64,000 bases of DNA from Bacteriovoracia bacterium (GCA_050246755.1 JBFWVL010000004.1:160001-224000); one strand, 5' to 3'. Shown: positions 1 through 8,690, numbered from the stretch's first letter. A program made the numbers and translations. Notes: generated from the letters alone by a model not told the origin.

Positions 1-557
1 TGCCTGCAGATTCCGAAAGTGCGAACGAAGATTTCCGGGCTTTTAAGCGTTCTTTTTCCCGCTCCGGAATTCGGCGTTTTCGCTGCATTCCCGTGGACGT
101 GGCTCTCTCGGCGAAAAACGAAAAATTACTCCTGAGTTCCGACGCTATCTTTCTCGGCGGCGGAAATACCTTCTATTTTTTGGATAGCCTGCGCAAACGG
201 AAGCTGCTCCCTAAGCTGCGCCGCTTCGCTAAAAATGGTGGCCTGCTGATGGGGCTTTCTGCCGGCAGTATTCTCATGACTCCCTCGATCATGACCGCCG
301 CGGTGCCCGCGATCGACAGTGATGATAACGAAATCGGACTGCGTAATTTTAAGGCGCTGAAATTAGTGCCCTTCGAATTTTCTCCCCATTATTATCGTTC
401 TCGCGAAGCCGACGAAGAGCTGAAAAATTATTCCAAACAGCTGCCTCATCCCATCTACGCCTGTAAAGACGGCGAGGGAATCGTGGTGAAAAATGGATCG
501 ATTCATTTCATTGGGCGCGTGGCGGTATTTCGCAACGGCGCCAAGTTCCGGATGTAG
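1..557 (+). CDS. Peptidase S51 / dipeptidase E family (class I glutamine amidotransferase-like), 5'-truncated by window edge
   Basis: Frame is open from position 3. Motifs IFLGGGNT, GLSAGS (nucleophile elbow) and PHY are typical of PepE/S51. Confidence 0.8.
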   Translation, partial: PADSESANEDFRAFKRSFSRSGIRRFRCIPVDVALSAKNEKLLLSSDAIFLGGGNTFYFLDSLRKRKLLPKLRRFAKNGGLLMGLSAGSILMTPSIMTAAVPAIDSDDNEIGLRNFKALKLVPFEFSPHYYRSREADEELKNYSKQLPHPIYACKDGEGIVVKNGSIHFIGRVAVFRNGAKFRM

Positions 558-620
558 ATTTTTTTCCGAGCTCCCCGGAAAATAGGGTAGAGTGGTTGGT
601 CTCACGAGAAAGAGGCCAAC

Positions 621-3227
621 ATGAAAGAATCCAGCCCGCAAACCATCCAGCTCAAAGAATACGAAGTTCCCGCCTTTCTCATCAATACGATCGATCTCAA
701 TTTCGATCTCCAGGAAGAGCATACCGACGTAACCACGCGGATCGTTTTTCGCGCGAACCCTAAAGGCAAGGCGGGGCCGCTCGTGCTCGAAGGCGAGAAG
801 CTGGAGCTGCGTTTCGTGCGCATCAACGGTAAAGAGATTGCCGCGGCCGATTATACCGTGACGGATACCTTGCTCACCGTTCCCGGGGTTCCCAAAGGCG
901 AATTCACTTTCGAATGCGGAACCCGCATTAAGCCCCAGGAAAACCTCACGCTCGAGGGGCTCTATAAATCCAAGGGTATGTTCTGCACGCAGTGCGAAGC
1001 CCAGGGGTTCCGCAAGATCACGTATTATCCCGACCGCCCCGACGTGATGGCCATTTTCACCACTTCGATCGAAGCCGACAAAAAAATGTACCCGATCCTG
1101 CTCGCGAACGGGAATTTGGTAGAGAAGGGGGACGTGGCGAACGGCCGCCACCGCGCTAAATGGCACGACCCCTTTCGTAAGCCCGCTTACCTTTTCGCGC
1201 TCGTGGCCGGCGACCTCGGAAAAACCGAGGACCATTTCGTGACAAGCTCGGGCCGCAAAGTGAAGCTCGAGATCTACGTGGACAAAGGCAACGAGGATAG
1301 AACCGCGCACGCCATGGATTCGCTGAAAAAATCCATGAAGTGGGACGAAGAAACCTTCGGCCTCGAATACGATCTGGATATTTTCATGATTGTGGCCGTG
1401 GATGATTTTAATTTCGGCGCCATGGAAAATAAGGGTCTGAATATTTTCAACTCGAGCTACGTGCTCGCCAAGCCTTCCACCGCTACCGATACCGATTATG
1501 AAGGCATTGAGGGGGTGGTGGCCCATGAGTATTTCCATAACTGGACCGGGAACCGCATCACCTGCCGTGATTGGTTCCAGCTTTCGCTCAAAGAGGGGCT
1601 TACCGTTTATCGCGATCAGGAGTTCAGCTCGGATATGACCTCGCGGGCCGTGTGCCGGATCGATAACGTGAGCCGTTTGCGGATGTACCAGTTCGCGGAA
1701 GACGCCGGCCCAATGGCGCATCCGATTCGTCCTTCGAGCTATATCGAGATCAATAATTTCTATACCGCCACGGTTTATGAAAAGGGCTCGGAAGTGATCC
1801 GCATGATCGCGACCATTCTCGGCCGCGAGGGCTTCCGCAAAGGAATGGATAAATACTTCGAGCTCTTCGATGGCCAGGCCGTGACCACCGAGGATTTCGT
1901 GCACGCCATGGAGCTCGCCAACGGCGCCGACCTGAAACAATTCCGGGAAACCTGGTACGAGCAGGCCGGTACTCCGGAATTGAATATCGCCGCCTTCTAC
2001 GACGAAAAATCCCAGGTTTATACGCTGGACATTCAGCAGCATTGCCCGCCCACGCCGGGGCAGGAATCGAAACGCCCGTTTCATATTCCCTTCAAGCTCG
2101 CCTTGCTTGATTCGTCGGGGAGCGCGATGGTGGAGCAGACCCTACACCTGAAGAAAGCGCAGGAAAAATTTGAGTTCAAGCTGGCGCGTAAGCCCGTGCC
2201 TTCTTTTCTCCGCGAATTTTCGGCCCCGGTGAAGCTGAAATTCGACTACGCCAAGGAAGAACTCCTGTTCCTGCTCGCGAAAGATAAAGATTCTTTTGCC
2301 CGCTGGGAGGCCGGCCAAACTCTTACCCTGCGTTTGCTCCAGGATCTGATCAGCGGCCACGCCGCGGGCAAGACCCTTAGCGCGGACGCTGATTATCTCG
2401 ATACGCTCGGAAAAATTGCGGCGGACGCTTCGATCGATCCCGCATTTCGCGCCCAGCTCCTCGAGCTTCCGGACGAGGGCTATATCGGCCAGCAACAAGC
2501 CACCATTCTGGTGGATTCCGTCCACGCGGCGAGGGATTTTCTTTCGGCCTCGATCGGCAAAAAAAACGAGGCATATTTTGCCAAGCTGTATGAATCGCTT
2601 TCGGGCACCCGCGCCTACCGCTACGATCCCCTTGAAGTAGGCATGCGCTCGCTCAAGGCTACGGCTTTGGGTTTTCTGACCGAAACCGGGAAGTCCGAAT
2701 ACCGTGCCGAAGCGCTGCGGCTCCTCAAGGAAGCCAATAATATGAGCGATGAAGTATTCGCCCTGCGCGCCCTCATTCACCATGAGTGCGCCGAGCGCGA
2801 AGAAGCGCTTCACCATTTCTACCAAAAATGGCAGAAGGAAACGCTCGTGATGAATAAATGGCTGGCCATGCAGGCCGTTTCGAGCTTGCCGGGCGGGCTC
2901 GAGCGCGTGAAGCGGATCATGAAGGATCCTATTTTCAACATCAATAATCCCAATAAAGTAAGCTCGCTGCTGGTTGCGTTCGGCCGCCTCAACCTTACGC
3001 AGTTCCATAGCATCGACGGCTCCAGTTACCGATTCTTTGCTGATCAGGTGATGGACTGCGACTCGCGCAATCCCAGCTTAGGCGCGCGCCTAGTTTCGCT
3101 CTTCAATCAGTGGAAGCGTTTTGATCCTACTCGCCAGCAGCTCATGCGTGCGGAGCTGGAGCGTATCGTGGCTAAGCCGGGCCTTTCGGCGGGCGTTTAC
3201 GAAATCGCCTCGAAGGCCCTGAAGTAG
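621..3227 (+). CDS. pepN: Aminopeptidase N (M1 family)
   Basis: GAMENKGLNIFN, HEYFHNWTGNRITCRDWFQLSLKEG (HEXXH-18-E) and NFYTATVYEKG; 868 aa. Confidence 0.97.
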   Translation: MKESSPQTIQLKEYEVPAFLINTIDLNFDLQEEHTDVTTRIVFRANPKGKAGPLVLEGEKLELRFVRINGKEIAAADYTVTDTLLTVPGVPKGEFTFECGTRIKPQENLTLEGLYKSKGMFCTQCEAQGFRKITYYPDRPDVMAIFTTSIEADKKMYPILLANGNLVEKGDVANGRHRAKWHDPFRKPAYLFALVAGDLGKTEDHFVTSSGRKVKLEIYVDKGNEDRTAHAMDSLKKSMKWDEETFGLEYDLDIFMIVAVDDFNFGAMENKGLNIFNSSYVLAKPSTATDTDYEGIEGVVAHEYFHNWTGNRITCRDWFQLSLKEGLTVYRDQEFSSDMTSRAVCRIDNVSRLRMYQFAEDAGPMAHPIRPSSYIEINNFYTATVYEKGSEVIRMIATILGREGFRKGMDKYFELFDGQAVTTEDFVHAMELANGADLKQFRETWYEQAGTPELNIAAFYDEKSQVYTLDIQQHCPPTPGQESKRPFHIPFKLALLDSSGSAMVEQTLHLKKAQEKFEFKLARKPVPSFLREFSAPVKLKFDYAKEELLFLLAKDKDSFARWEAGQTLTLRLLQDLISGHAAGKTLSADADYLDTLGKIAADASIDPAFRAQLLELPDEGYIGQQQATILVDSVHAARDFLSASIGKKNEAYFAKLYESLSGTRAYRYDPLEVGMRSLKATALGFLTETGKSEYRAEALRLLKEANNMSDEVFALRALIHHECAEREEALHHFYQKWQKETLVMNKWLAMQAVSSLPGGLERVKRIMKDPIFNINNPNKVSSLLVAFGRLNLTQFHSIDGSSYRFFADQVMDCDSRNPSLGARLVSLFNQWKRFDPTRQQLMRAELERIVAKPGLSAGVYEIASKALK

Positions 3228-3267
3228 GGGATTGTTGTTCAAAGGCGAACAAGGTATCTTTTTGGGT

Positions 3268-4272
3268 ATGCGTTTATTGATCTTCGCTGCCACTTTGCTG
3301 CTTGCGAGTTGCGCCTCCGTGGAATCGGATATTTCTTCCAACGATAGGCTTTCGCTGGTTCGCACCCGCGTGGATTTCAATCCGATCACCCGCCCCGAAA
3401 GAGAAAAGCTGATTCAGTTCGAAGCGAGGGCGCTCGAAGCCGCTACCGCGCCGATCAAGGCCGAATTGGCCGAGGTAGCAAGGGCCCGCAAAGAGCGTTA
3501 CGAACAGATCAAAGGGCAATTTCCCGATTGTGAAAAGCAAAAGCACTGCGTTTCCACCTTGGCTCGCGGAAACGTAAAAGATTTCGAGCGCTATAACGAG
3601 CTTACGAAAACGCTGCGAGGTTTTGATCTAAAAGCGATCGAGCTCGAGGCCAGCATCCGGGCCTGGCAGAATCGTTACGAGCTGCGCACGCGCTCGATCA
3701 ATAACCGCTTTCTCGTGCACGAGATCCTGCAGCTGCCGAAAGTAGAGCCGCGCTTGTCTAGCGTGATGGTGCACTCGCTGCAGGCCTTCGATTCCCGCCG
3801 ACCTCTTTCCGAGCGCCTCCTGAGGCTCGCGGACAATGACGCGGTGGCCACCACCTGGGGCGATCTTAATTTTACCATGCTTGGCCGCCCCGTGGATGAA
3901 GCTGCCGTGATTGCCACCTTCGATGTTTTCCTCAGCAAAAATCCTGAGATCAAAGATCAAAAAGTGGGGGAGCGTTTCGTGGTGAGTTTTTTGGTGAATT
4001 CCCAAAACGCGGATTCTCTTTCCTACGATGCGGGCTTCCTGCGCTTTTGGGCTGGGCTCTTCGCGGAGCGCGAGCAGAGAAATCTCCGGGAAAAGGCGCT
4101 CTGCGCGCTCTATTCCATCGCGGGCGACACTCTCGTCCCTAAGCTTTCCGATGCCCGGGCTAGCTCCTGCGCCATGGAGCGCGCGCGTATGCAGTCGCCG
4201 CAGAAAACGAAGCAGTTTGGGGCGGAAGAATGGCTATTGCCGATAGGGTATTTTCACGTGCAGGCCGAGTAG
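3268..4272 (+). CDS. Hypothetical lipoprotein with N-terminal coiled coil
   Basis: Start moved to ATG 3268 (MRLLIFAATLLLASC, lipobox LASC). No recognisable family. Confidence 0.7.
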   Translation: MRLLIFAATLLLASCASVESDISSNDRLSLVRTRVDFNPITRPEREKLIQFEARALEAATAPIKAELAEVARARKERYEQIKGQFPDCEKQKHCVSTLARGNVKDFERYNELTKTLRGFDLKAIELEASIRAWQNRYELRTRSINNRFLVHEILQLPKVEPRLSSVMVHSLQAFDSRRPLSERLLRLADNDAVATTWGDLNFTMLGRPVDEAAVIATFDVFLSKNPEIKDQKVGERFVVSFLVNSQNADSLSYDAGFLRFWAGLFAEREQRNLREKALCALYSIAGDTLVPKLSDARASSCAMERARMQSPQKTKQFGAEEWLLPIGYFHVQAE

Positions 4273-4274
4273 GA

Positions 4275-4736
4275 TCAGTCGCCGGCTACCATTTTACGGG
4301 CGGAGTCTTCACAGAGAACTTTTCCGTTTAGGGTCAAGCGGACCACGAACGTGCCGTCTTCGTATTTTTCGCCGAATACGTCTCTGCCCTTATCGAAGTT
4401 CTCTACTAGGCGATAGTTTTTATTGTCTTTCCAGCTTTGCGCGGCGGTGGCCCAGTCTTTTTTCTTCGTAGACTGCGCTTTTTTGCCCTTGGTGGCCGAG
4501 ATTTCCAATTTTACTTTTGGGTCTTCGCCGGCTTTTACCAGGAGGCCTTCAAATCCCGCATCGGGTGACCATTCTCCCATATCGAAGATCGAAACCTTTG
4601 TTACGAGTTTTCCCTCAACGAGCTCTTCGTATTCATTGAACGCTTGCACGCGCTTACCGCAAGTTTCGGTCTTCGCCATCGCGGGCACGGAAAGAATCAA
4701 CAATGCCAAAACGGCGACTAAGGTAATTCTGGGCAT
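4275..4736 (-). CDS. Hypothetical secreted protein (153 aa)
   Basis: Signal peptide MPRITLVAVLALLILSVPAMA; two Cys; start overlaps the end of the upstream endopeptidase gene by 19 nt. Confidence 0.7.
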   Translation of the reverse strand: MPRITLVAVLALLILSVPAMAKTETCGKRVQAFNEYEELVEGKLVTKVSIFDMGEWSPDAGFEGLLVKAGEDPKVKLEISATKGKKAQSTKKKDWATAAQSWKDNKNYRLVENFDKGRDVFGEKYEDGTFVVRLTLNGKVLCEDSARKMVAGD

Positions 4737-6037
4737 ACTTTAGGATCCACCTTTAGATTGGCGCACACGTTCCGCGTTACCGCGGAGGGCGGGAAACAGG
4801 CATGAATATGGTTGCTGTGGTTCGCGAGAGGCCGGGTGCCTAAGCTAGTATCGTTGAAAAAGAGCTGCCCAGTATTTACGCCTTTGGATTTTAGGAGATT
4901 AATCAATTTGCGGGCCATCGCTTTGTCGTAGCCCGAGTCCGTATAGTTCACTGGTGAATCCGCAAATCCGCCTTTGCGCGGAGGCCGGATATCTATGCAG
5001 TAACCCTGTGTGTGCGAGCGATGGGAGTTGAAAAGAGGGCGGGAACGGTCGGAGATGTCGCCGAACTGCAATGTGCAGCCCGCACGGTCCGGGCAAATTT
5101 TTCTCCAGTCCTGAAGTACCGAAATGAGCACGCAGGCGGTAACCGGATTAGCATAAACGTCGTTGCCCACTGGTTGATCGGGCTGGTAGTGGTTCGATCC
5201 ACAGGGAGCTACGTTACCGCGTCCCAGGAGAGGAATTTGCACGAGGCCACGATTCGTCTTCAGCCCGGCTCTGGAGGCACGGGGATTTTTAATCAAAGCC
5301 TGCAGCGAAGCTACGAAAGTGCTGGGCTTCGGAACCGTGGGGGCCGGAGGAATAACCGGAGCCGGCGTGGGATCCATGTCGCTGATGCGAGTGCCGATCG
5401 CATTGCTCACGCTGGTCATGGCGTTCACGGCGGAATCGCTGCGTGCTCGATTGCAACCGGCGCCGTTGCAGTCCGGCACGTTATCCGGTGGCGTGGTGGA
5501 AGGGCGCACAATCTGCGGTAAGGAAACTAAATCGGCCGCCGCCGCGGCTCGCGCCTTAAGATAATTTTTCGACACCCAGCCTTGGTTCGGGCATCCACGG
5601 ATAGCGTTGGGGAGCTTTACCTTGATGAAAGTATTTACTCCGTGTACTACCGCGCGATCTGCGGTGGGAATGAGTTTCGTGCCTTTCGGCAAAGCGCATT
5701 CGTAACTTTCTTCGGAAAGATTCGGTGCCGAGCGGAAGCTGAGGCCCTCGGTGTCGACTTCCGTGGTGGCCGCGGAAGCTTTGGCTTTTATGTAGGCCGA
5801 ATGAACGAAACCTTCGGCTGGGCATCCCCGGGCATTTACTTTAACCTTGATCCAGTCGGAATCGGCGCGCCCGGTGGCGATCAACTCGGATCCTCGGCTT
5901 ACTTCGCAGAGAATCGCGCCACCGGCCGTTCTTACGTTTAGTCCGCTGGACGTGACGGTGACGGTTTGGTCCGCCAGAGCGGTGAAGCTCATACCGAAAA
6001 TTCCAAGGGCGATAAAAAGGTTCGCGGGAAATGCCAT
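4718..6037 (-). CDS. Secreted SH3-SH3 plus MepA-like (LAS Zn) murein endopeptidase
   Basis: Signal peptide from ATG 6037; two SH3b-like repeats (GLNVR..., GLSFRSAP...GWVS); Pro-rich linker; GDIS...HRSHTQGYCID (H-x6-D) and HIH (HxH) Zn ligands. Confidence 0.75.
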   Translation of the reverse strand: MAFPANLFIALGIFGMSFTALADQTVTVTSSGLNVRTAGGAILCEVSRGSELIATGRADSDWIKVKVNARGCPAEGFVHSAYIKAKASAATTEVDTEGLSFRSAPNLSEESYECALPKGTKLIPTADRAVVHGVNTFIKVKLPNAIRGCPNQGWVSKNYLKARAAAAADLVSLPQIVRPSTTPPDNVPDCNGAGCNRARSDSAVNAMTSVSNAIGTRISDMDPTPAPVIPPAPTVPKPSTFVASLQALIKNPRASRAGLKTNRGLVQIPLLGRGNVAPCGSNHYQPDQPVGNDVYANPVTACVLISVLQDWRKICPDRAGCTLQFGDISDRSRPLFNSHRSHTQGYCIDIRPPRKGGFADSPVNYTDSGYDKAMARKLINLLKSKGVNTGQLFFNDTSLGTRPLANHSNHIHACFPPSAVTRNVCANLKVDPKVCPELP

Positions 6038-6043
6038 GGCTAT

Positions 6044-6071
6044 AAATCGGAATAGGCTGGGCTTAACTTGA
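6044..6071 (-). promoter_or_regulatory. sigma28 (FliA)-type promoter for the SH3-MepA-like gene
   Basis: Minus strand reads TCAAG-N15-TCCGATTT, then 6 nt, then ATG 6037. Confidence 0.55.
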
Positions 6072-6143
6072 GAGCAATGGGCCGGCAAGCCTGCTTATCG
6101 AATACCCATGATGTCGGATAAGATATATTATGTTTGGTAAAAC

Positions 6144-6171
6144 TAAAGGTTTCCGTGTGTTGGGCCGATAA
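6144..6171 (+). promoter_or_regulatory. sigma28 (FliA)-type promoter for the 6178 gene
   Basis: TAAAG-N15-GCCGATAA (perfect sigma28 -10 octamer), then 6 nt, then ATG 6178. Confidence 0.7.
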
Positions 6172-6177
6172 GACTAC

Positions 6178-6885
6178 ATGAAACCCCTAAGCTTACTAGC
6201 TATTGCGGCCTGCTTACTCTCCGCCGTTTCCGCTTTCGCCGAACCGGATAACTTGGTGAGCGTGATTAACCGCGATCTGCACGACGATACCGATCTCCTG
6301 CCGCGCCAGTTTCTCAAGCGTAATCACGGCACCAACGTGGTTCTCAATGAACACGAAATGGCCTGCTTCGAGCGGCAAAAAAAGGAAATGGACGATGCTT
6401 CCAAAGATGCGGAAGTGAAACAAAAGCTGAAAGAACTCAAAGTTCCGCGGATGACGTTCCACCTGATATCTGGTGCGAAAGACCGCGGCGTGAATTTCAA
6501 CTGGAATACCCCCCGCCGCTATAATTCCCCGGGTGGAAATTACCTTATCGTGAAGTTCGGCATGAATGGCGGCCGCTGCTATTTCAGCTCGGCTACCGAT
6601 ATCAAACGCCGCGTGATCGACGGAAAAAGCCGGAAATTGGGCCGAATGATCGTGATGGAAGACGGCACGATGATGACGGCTCAAGAAGCCGCGGCGGCCA
6701 AAGTTAAAGCGGTTGAGGCGGCCAAGGAAAAACAAGCCGTAGCGGCTGGCTCCTTATTTCGCGCGCCCGCCAATGCAGTGCAAGTTACTCCGCCTAAACC
6801 CAGGGCGGCCCCGGTGGTGAATGAAGAAGATAGTTCCGAGGATAGCGAAGAAGTACCCGTTACTTTATCGGAGGATCCACAGTAG
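6178..6885 (+). CDS. Hypothetical secreted protein with acidic low-complexity tail
   Basis: Signal peptide ending VSAFA; 235 aa ORF. Confidence 0.7.
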   Translation: MKPLSLLAIAACLLSAVSAFAEPDNLVSVINRDLHDDTDLLPRQFLKRNHGTNVVLNEHEMACFERQKKEMDDASKDAEVKQKLKELKVPRMTFHLISGAKDRGVNFNWNTPRRYNSPGGNYLIVKFGMNGGRCYFSSATDIKRRVIDGKSRKLGRMIVMEDGTMMTAQEAAAAKVKAVEAAKEKQAVAAGSLFRAPANAVQVTPPKPRAAPVVNEEDSSEDSEEVPVTLSEDPQ

Positions 6886-6905
6886 TAGGGCGGGGTCACT
6901 CTCCC

Positions 6906-7478
6906 CTACTTTTCCACTTTACCCGGTGGTGGAACCAAATCTATCTCTTTCAGTTCCCTCTCCACGTTCAAGAATTTACCCAGGAATCCCGGTGCGTGGG
7001 TGCTGAGCCAGCCGAATAATAAATACTTGATGCCGCGGCCAGCGAATACGAGGGCGCAAATTTTCCAGATCGGCATTCCCGCGAAGGCGGCTAAGGCGAT
7101 AGCGGGATGTTGCATTAGTGGGCCAAGGGCCATCAAAAATACGGCGCTAGCGCCCCACCGTTCCATCAGCTCCACGGTCCATATCCAAGAATGGGTTTCC
7201 GGAAGGTTCGGAACCAGGTAGAGGAGCAATGGCCAGCCGTGTTCTCGTAATACGATCGAAAGCAGGCAAACCCCTACCGTAGAACCAAAGCTTACGGCGG
7301 CGGCGAAATAAAGCCATTTTTTCGGGCGCAGCATCGCGGCGCTCACCAGCAAGGCATCGGTGGGGATCACCACCACGAAAAGATCCACGGCGGCCATCAG
7401 CGCGAGCGCGGGGCCGTACCACCAATTGTCCATATGCGACTGCAGGGCGGTAAGCGTGCGTTTGAGGGTCTTGACCAT
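6906..7478 (-). CDS. YqaA/DedA-superfamily (VTT domain) membrane protein
   Basis: Hydrophobic; VVVIPTDALLV, GSTVG and GRGIKY pattern resembles YqaA/VTT proteins. Confidence 0.7.
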   Translation of the reverse strand: MVKTLKRTLTALQSHMDNWWYGPALALMAAVDLFVVVIPTDALLVSAAMLRPKKWLYFAAAVSFGSTVGVCLLSIVLREHGWPLLLYLVPNLPETHSWIWTVELMERWGASAVFLMALGPLMQHPAIALAAFAGMPIWKICALVFAGRGIKYLLFGWLSTHAPGFLGKFLNVERELKEIDLVPPPGKVEK

Positions 7479-7502
7479 GAGTTAGTTATTCTATGGCAGA
7501 AA

Positions 7503-7544
7503 AAGAAAAACCCAAGAAGCATTGCTGCCACTTGGGTTTTTCTT
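7503..7544 (-). terminator. Intrinsic terminator after rplX
   Basis: AAGAAAAACCCAAG (7503-7516) and CTTGGGTTTTTCTT (7531-7544) form a perfect inverted repeat with A/T tails. Confidence 0.8.
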
Positions 7545-7562
7545 CGGTTAGGAACCTGGGTC

Positions 7563-7883
7563 TTACGACTTCAGTTCGGTTCCACTTTTCTTGAAGGTAC
7601 GAACGCGTTCGCCTTTTTTACCGTGGGAGATCTTGATGCGACCGCCCTTATTGGTTTTCGGGTCTACGAGCATTACGTTCGAAGAGTGGATGGCCGCTTC
7701 TTTCTCCAGAATGCCGCCTTGGGGATTGCTTTGGCTCGGTTTGGTGTGACGTTTTACACGGTTCACGCCTTCGACCAAAACACGCATGCGGGCAGTCATG
7801 AGGCCGATCACTTTGCCTTGTTTGCCTTTGTCTTTACCGGCGATCACTTCTACGAGATCACCCTTTTTGATTTTCCATTTCAT
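7563..7883 (-). CDS. rplX: 50S ribosomal protein L24 (uL24)
   Basis: [22 protein letters not shown] (KOW), [20 protein letters not shown]. Confidence 0.97.
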   Translation of the reverse strand: MKWKIKKGDLVEVIAGKDKGKQGKVIGLMTARMRVLVEGVNRVKRHTKPSQSNPQGGILEKEAAIHSSNVMLVDPKTNKGGRIKISHGKKGERVRTFKKSGTELKS

Positions 7884-7906
7884 AATTGAAACCTTTCAGC
7901 GAAAAA

Positions 7907-8056
7907 TTAACGCTTCTCTTTGTGAACTTTATGTCCACGGCAAGCACGGCAGAATTTCTTCTTTTCGAGCTTATCCGGAGTGCGGGTTTTGTTTTTGGTG
8001 GTGCCGTAGTTGAAGCGGCCGCAAGCATCGCAAACGAGTTGAATGATCGTACGCAT
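7907..8056 (-). CDS. rpmG: 50S ribosomal protein L33 (bL33), Zn-ribbon (C+) form; not in the ORF track
   Basis: Manual translation: [49 protein letters not shown]. Its ATG overlaps the rpsR stop (TAATG). Confidence 0.95.
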   Translation of the reverse strand: MRTIIQLVCDACGRFNYGTTKNKTRTPDKLEKKKFCRACRGHKVHKEKR

Positions 8057-8313
8057 TAGAACGCTCCGTTAGGCAGAAGAGCCAACTGACGAGCGCGTTT
8101 AACGGCTCGAGCCAATTGACGTTGTTGTTTAGCATTTAGGCGGGAAACGCGTGCTGCCACAATCTTTCCGCCCGGGGTGGTGAATTGGGAGAGCATTTCT
8201 ACGTCTTTATAGTCGAAGATCATGTCCTTCGCCGGACGTGGGCGTCGTTTGAAAAAACTCTGCTCTTTGTCGCCTCTATCGCCTCTGTCGCCGCGAGATT
8301 CTCTTTCAGCCAT
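8056..8313 (-). CDS. rpsR: 30S ribosomal protein S18 (bS18), Cys-less (C-) form
   Basis: [11 protein letters not shown]...GKIVAARVS...[19 protein letters not shown]; SD AGGAG upstream. Confidence 0.95.
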   Translation of the reverse strand: MAERESRGDRGDRGDKEQSFFKRRPRPAKDMIFDYKDVEMLSQFTTPGGKIVAARVSRLNAKQQRQLARAVKRARQLALLPNGAF

Positions 8314-8436
8314 TTTCTATTCTCCTGCCATGCTCCCGGCAGCCATCCATATGGTGCCATGGTTAATAAAGAGAGCGTGGAAGGTGAAGGTATGCCGTAC
8401 TTTCGTTTTAAAATCAACGACTAAAGGCGGACCAAA

Positions 8437-8574
8437 GGCAAAGGGGCAGATCGGCAAAAGGGCAAAGAGCGCCGAGGGAAAGCGAGAGAGAATTGCTGAG
8501 CTGCGCTACTTTTTCTGGGTCTGCTTCCCATCTTCGCCATCTTGCTCATCTGTCCTATGCCATTCTGCCTTTTT
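8437..8574. repeat. Degenerate ~8-nt GGCAAAGR tandem repeats arranged as two inverted blocks
   Basis: Plus strand: GGCAAAGG GGCAGATC GGCAAAAG GGCAAAGA (8437-8468). Minus strand from ~8570: GGCAGAAT GGCATAG GACAGAT GAGCAAGAT GGCGAAGAT. Confidence 0.55.
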
Positions 8575-8690
8575 ACATTGACCCCCATTGTCAAAACCCG
8601 CGTTTTTCCTCAAGAATTTTCTCAATCTCCGATCCCAAATATGAGATAAATAGAGCGATCATTTCTATCTTTTGGGAAAGGACTACCCGC

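Noticed and set aside
363-2084. Long antisense ORFs (573 aa here; also 36030-37214, 50987-52396, 11401-12219, 62818-63675 and others)
   Set aside because: They lie opposite well-supported genes and have no motifs. Such shadow ORFs are expected from GC-rich codon bias.
8610-8635. TCAAG-N13-TCCGATCC sigma28-like motif before sucA
   Set aside because: The spacer is 2 nt shorter than in the two good examples and the -10 match is weak.
8493-8690. N-terminal extensions in the ORF track (sucA from 8493; also 15447, 20731, 21867, 31875, 56189, 61914)
   Set aside because: The extensions run through promoters, repeats or neighbouring genes. Downstream starts have an SD, a signal peptide or a family-typical N-terminus.
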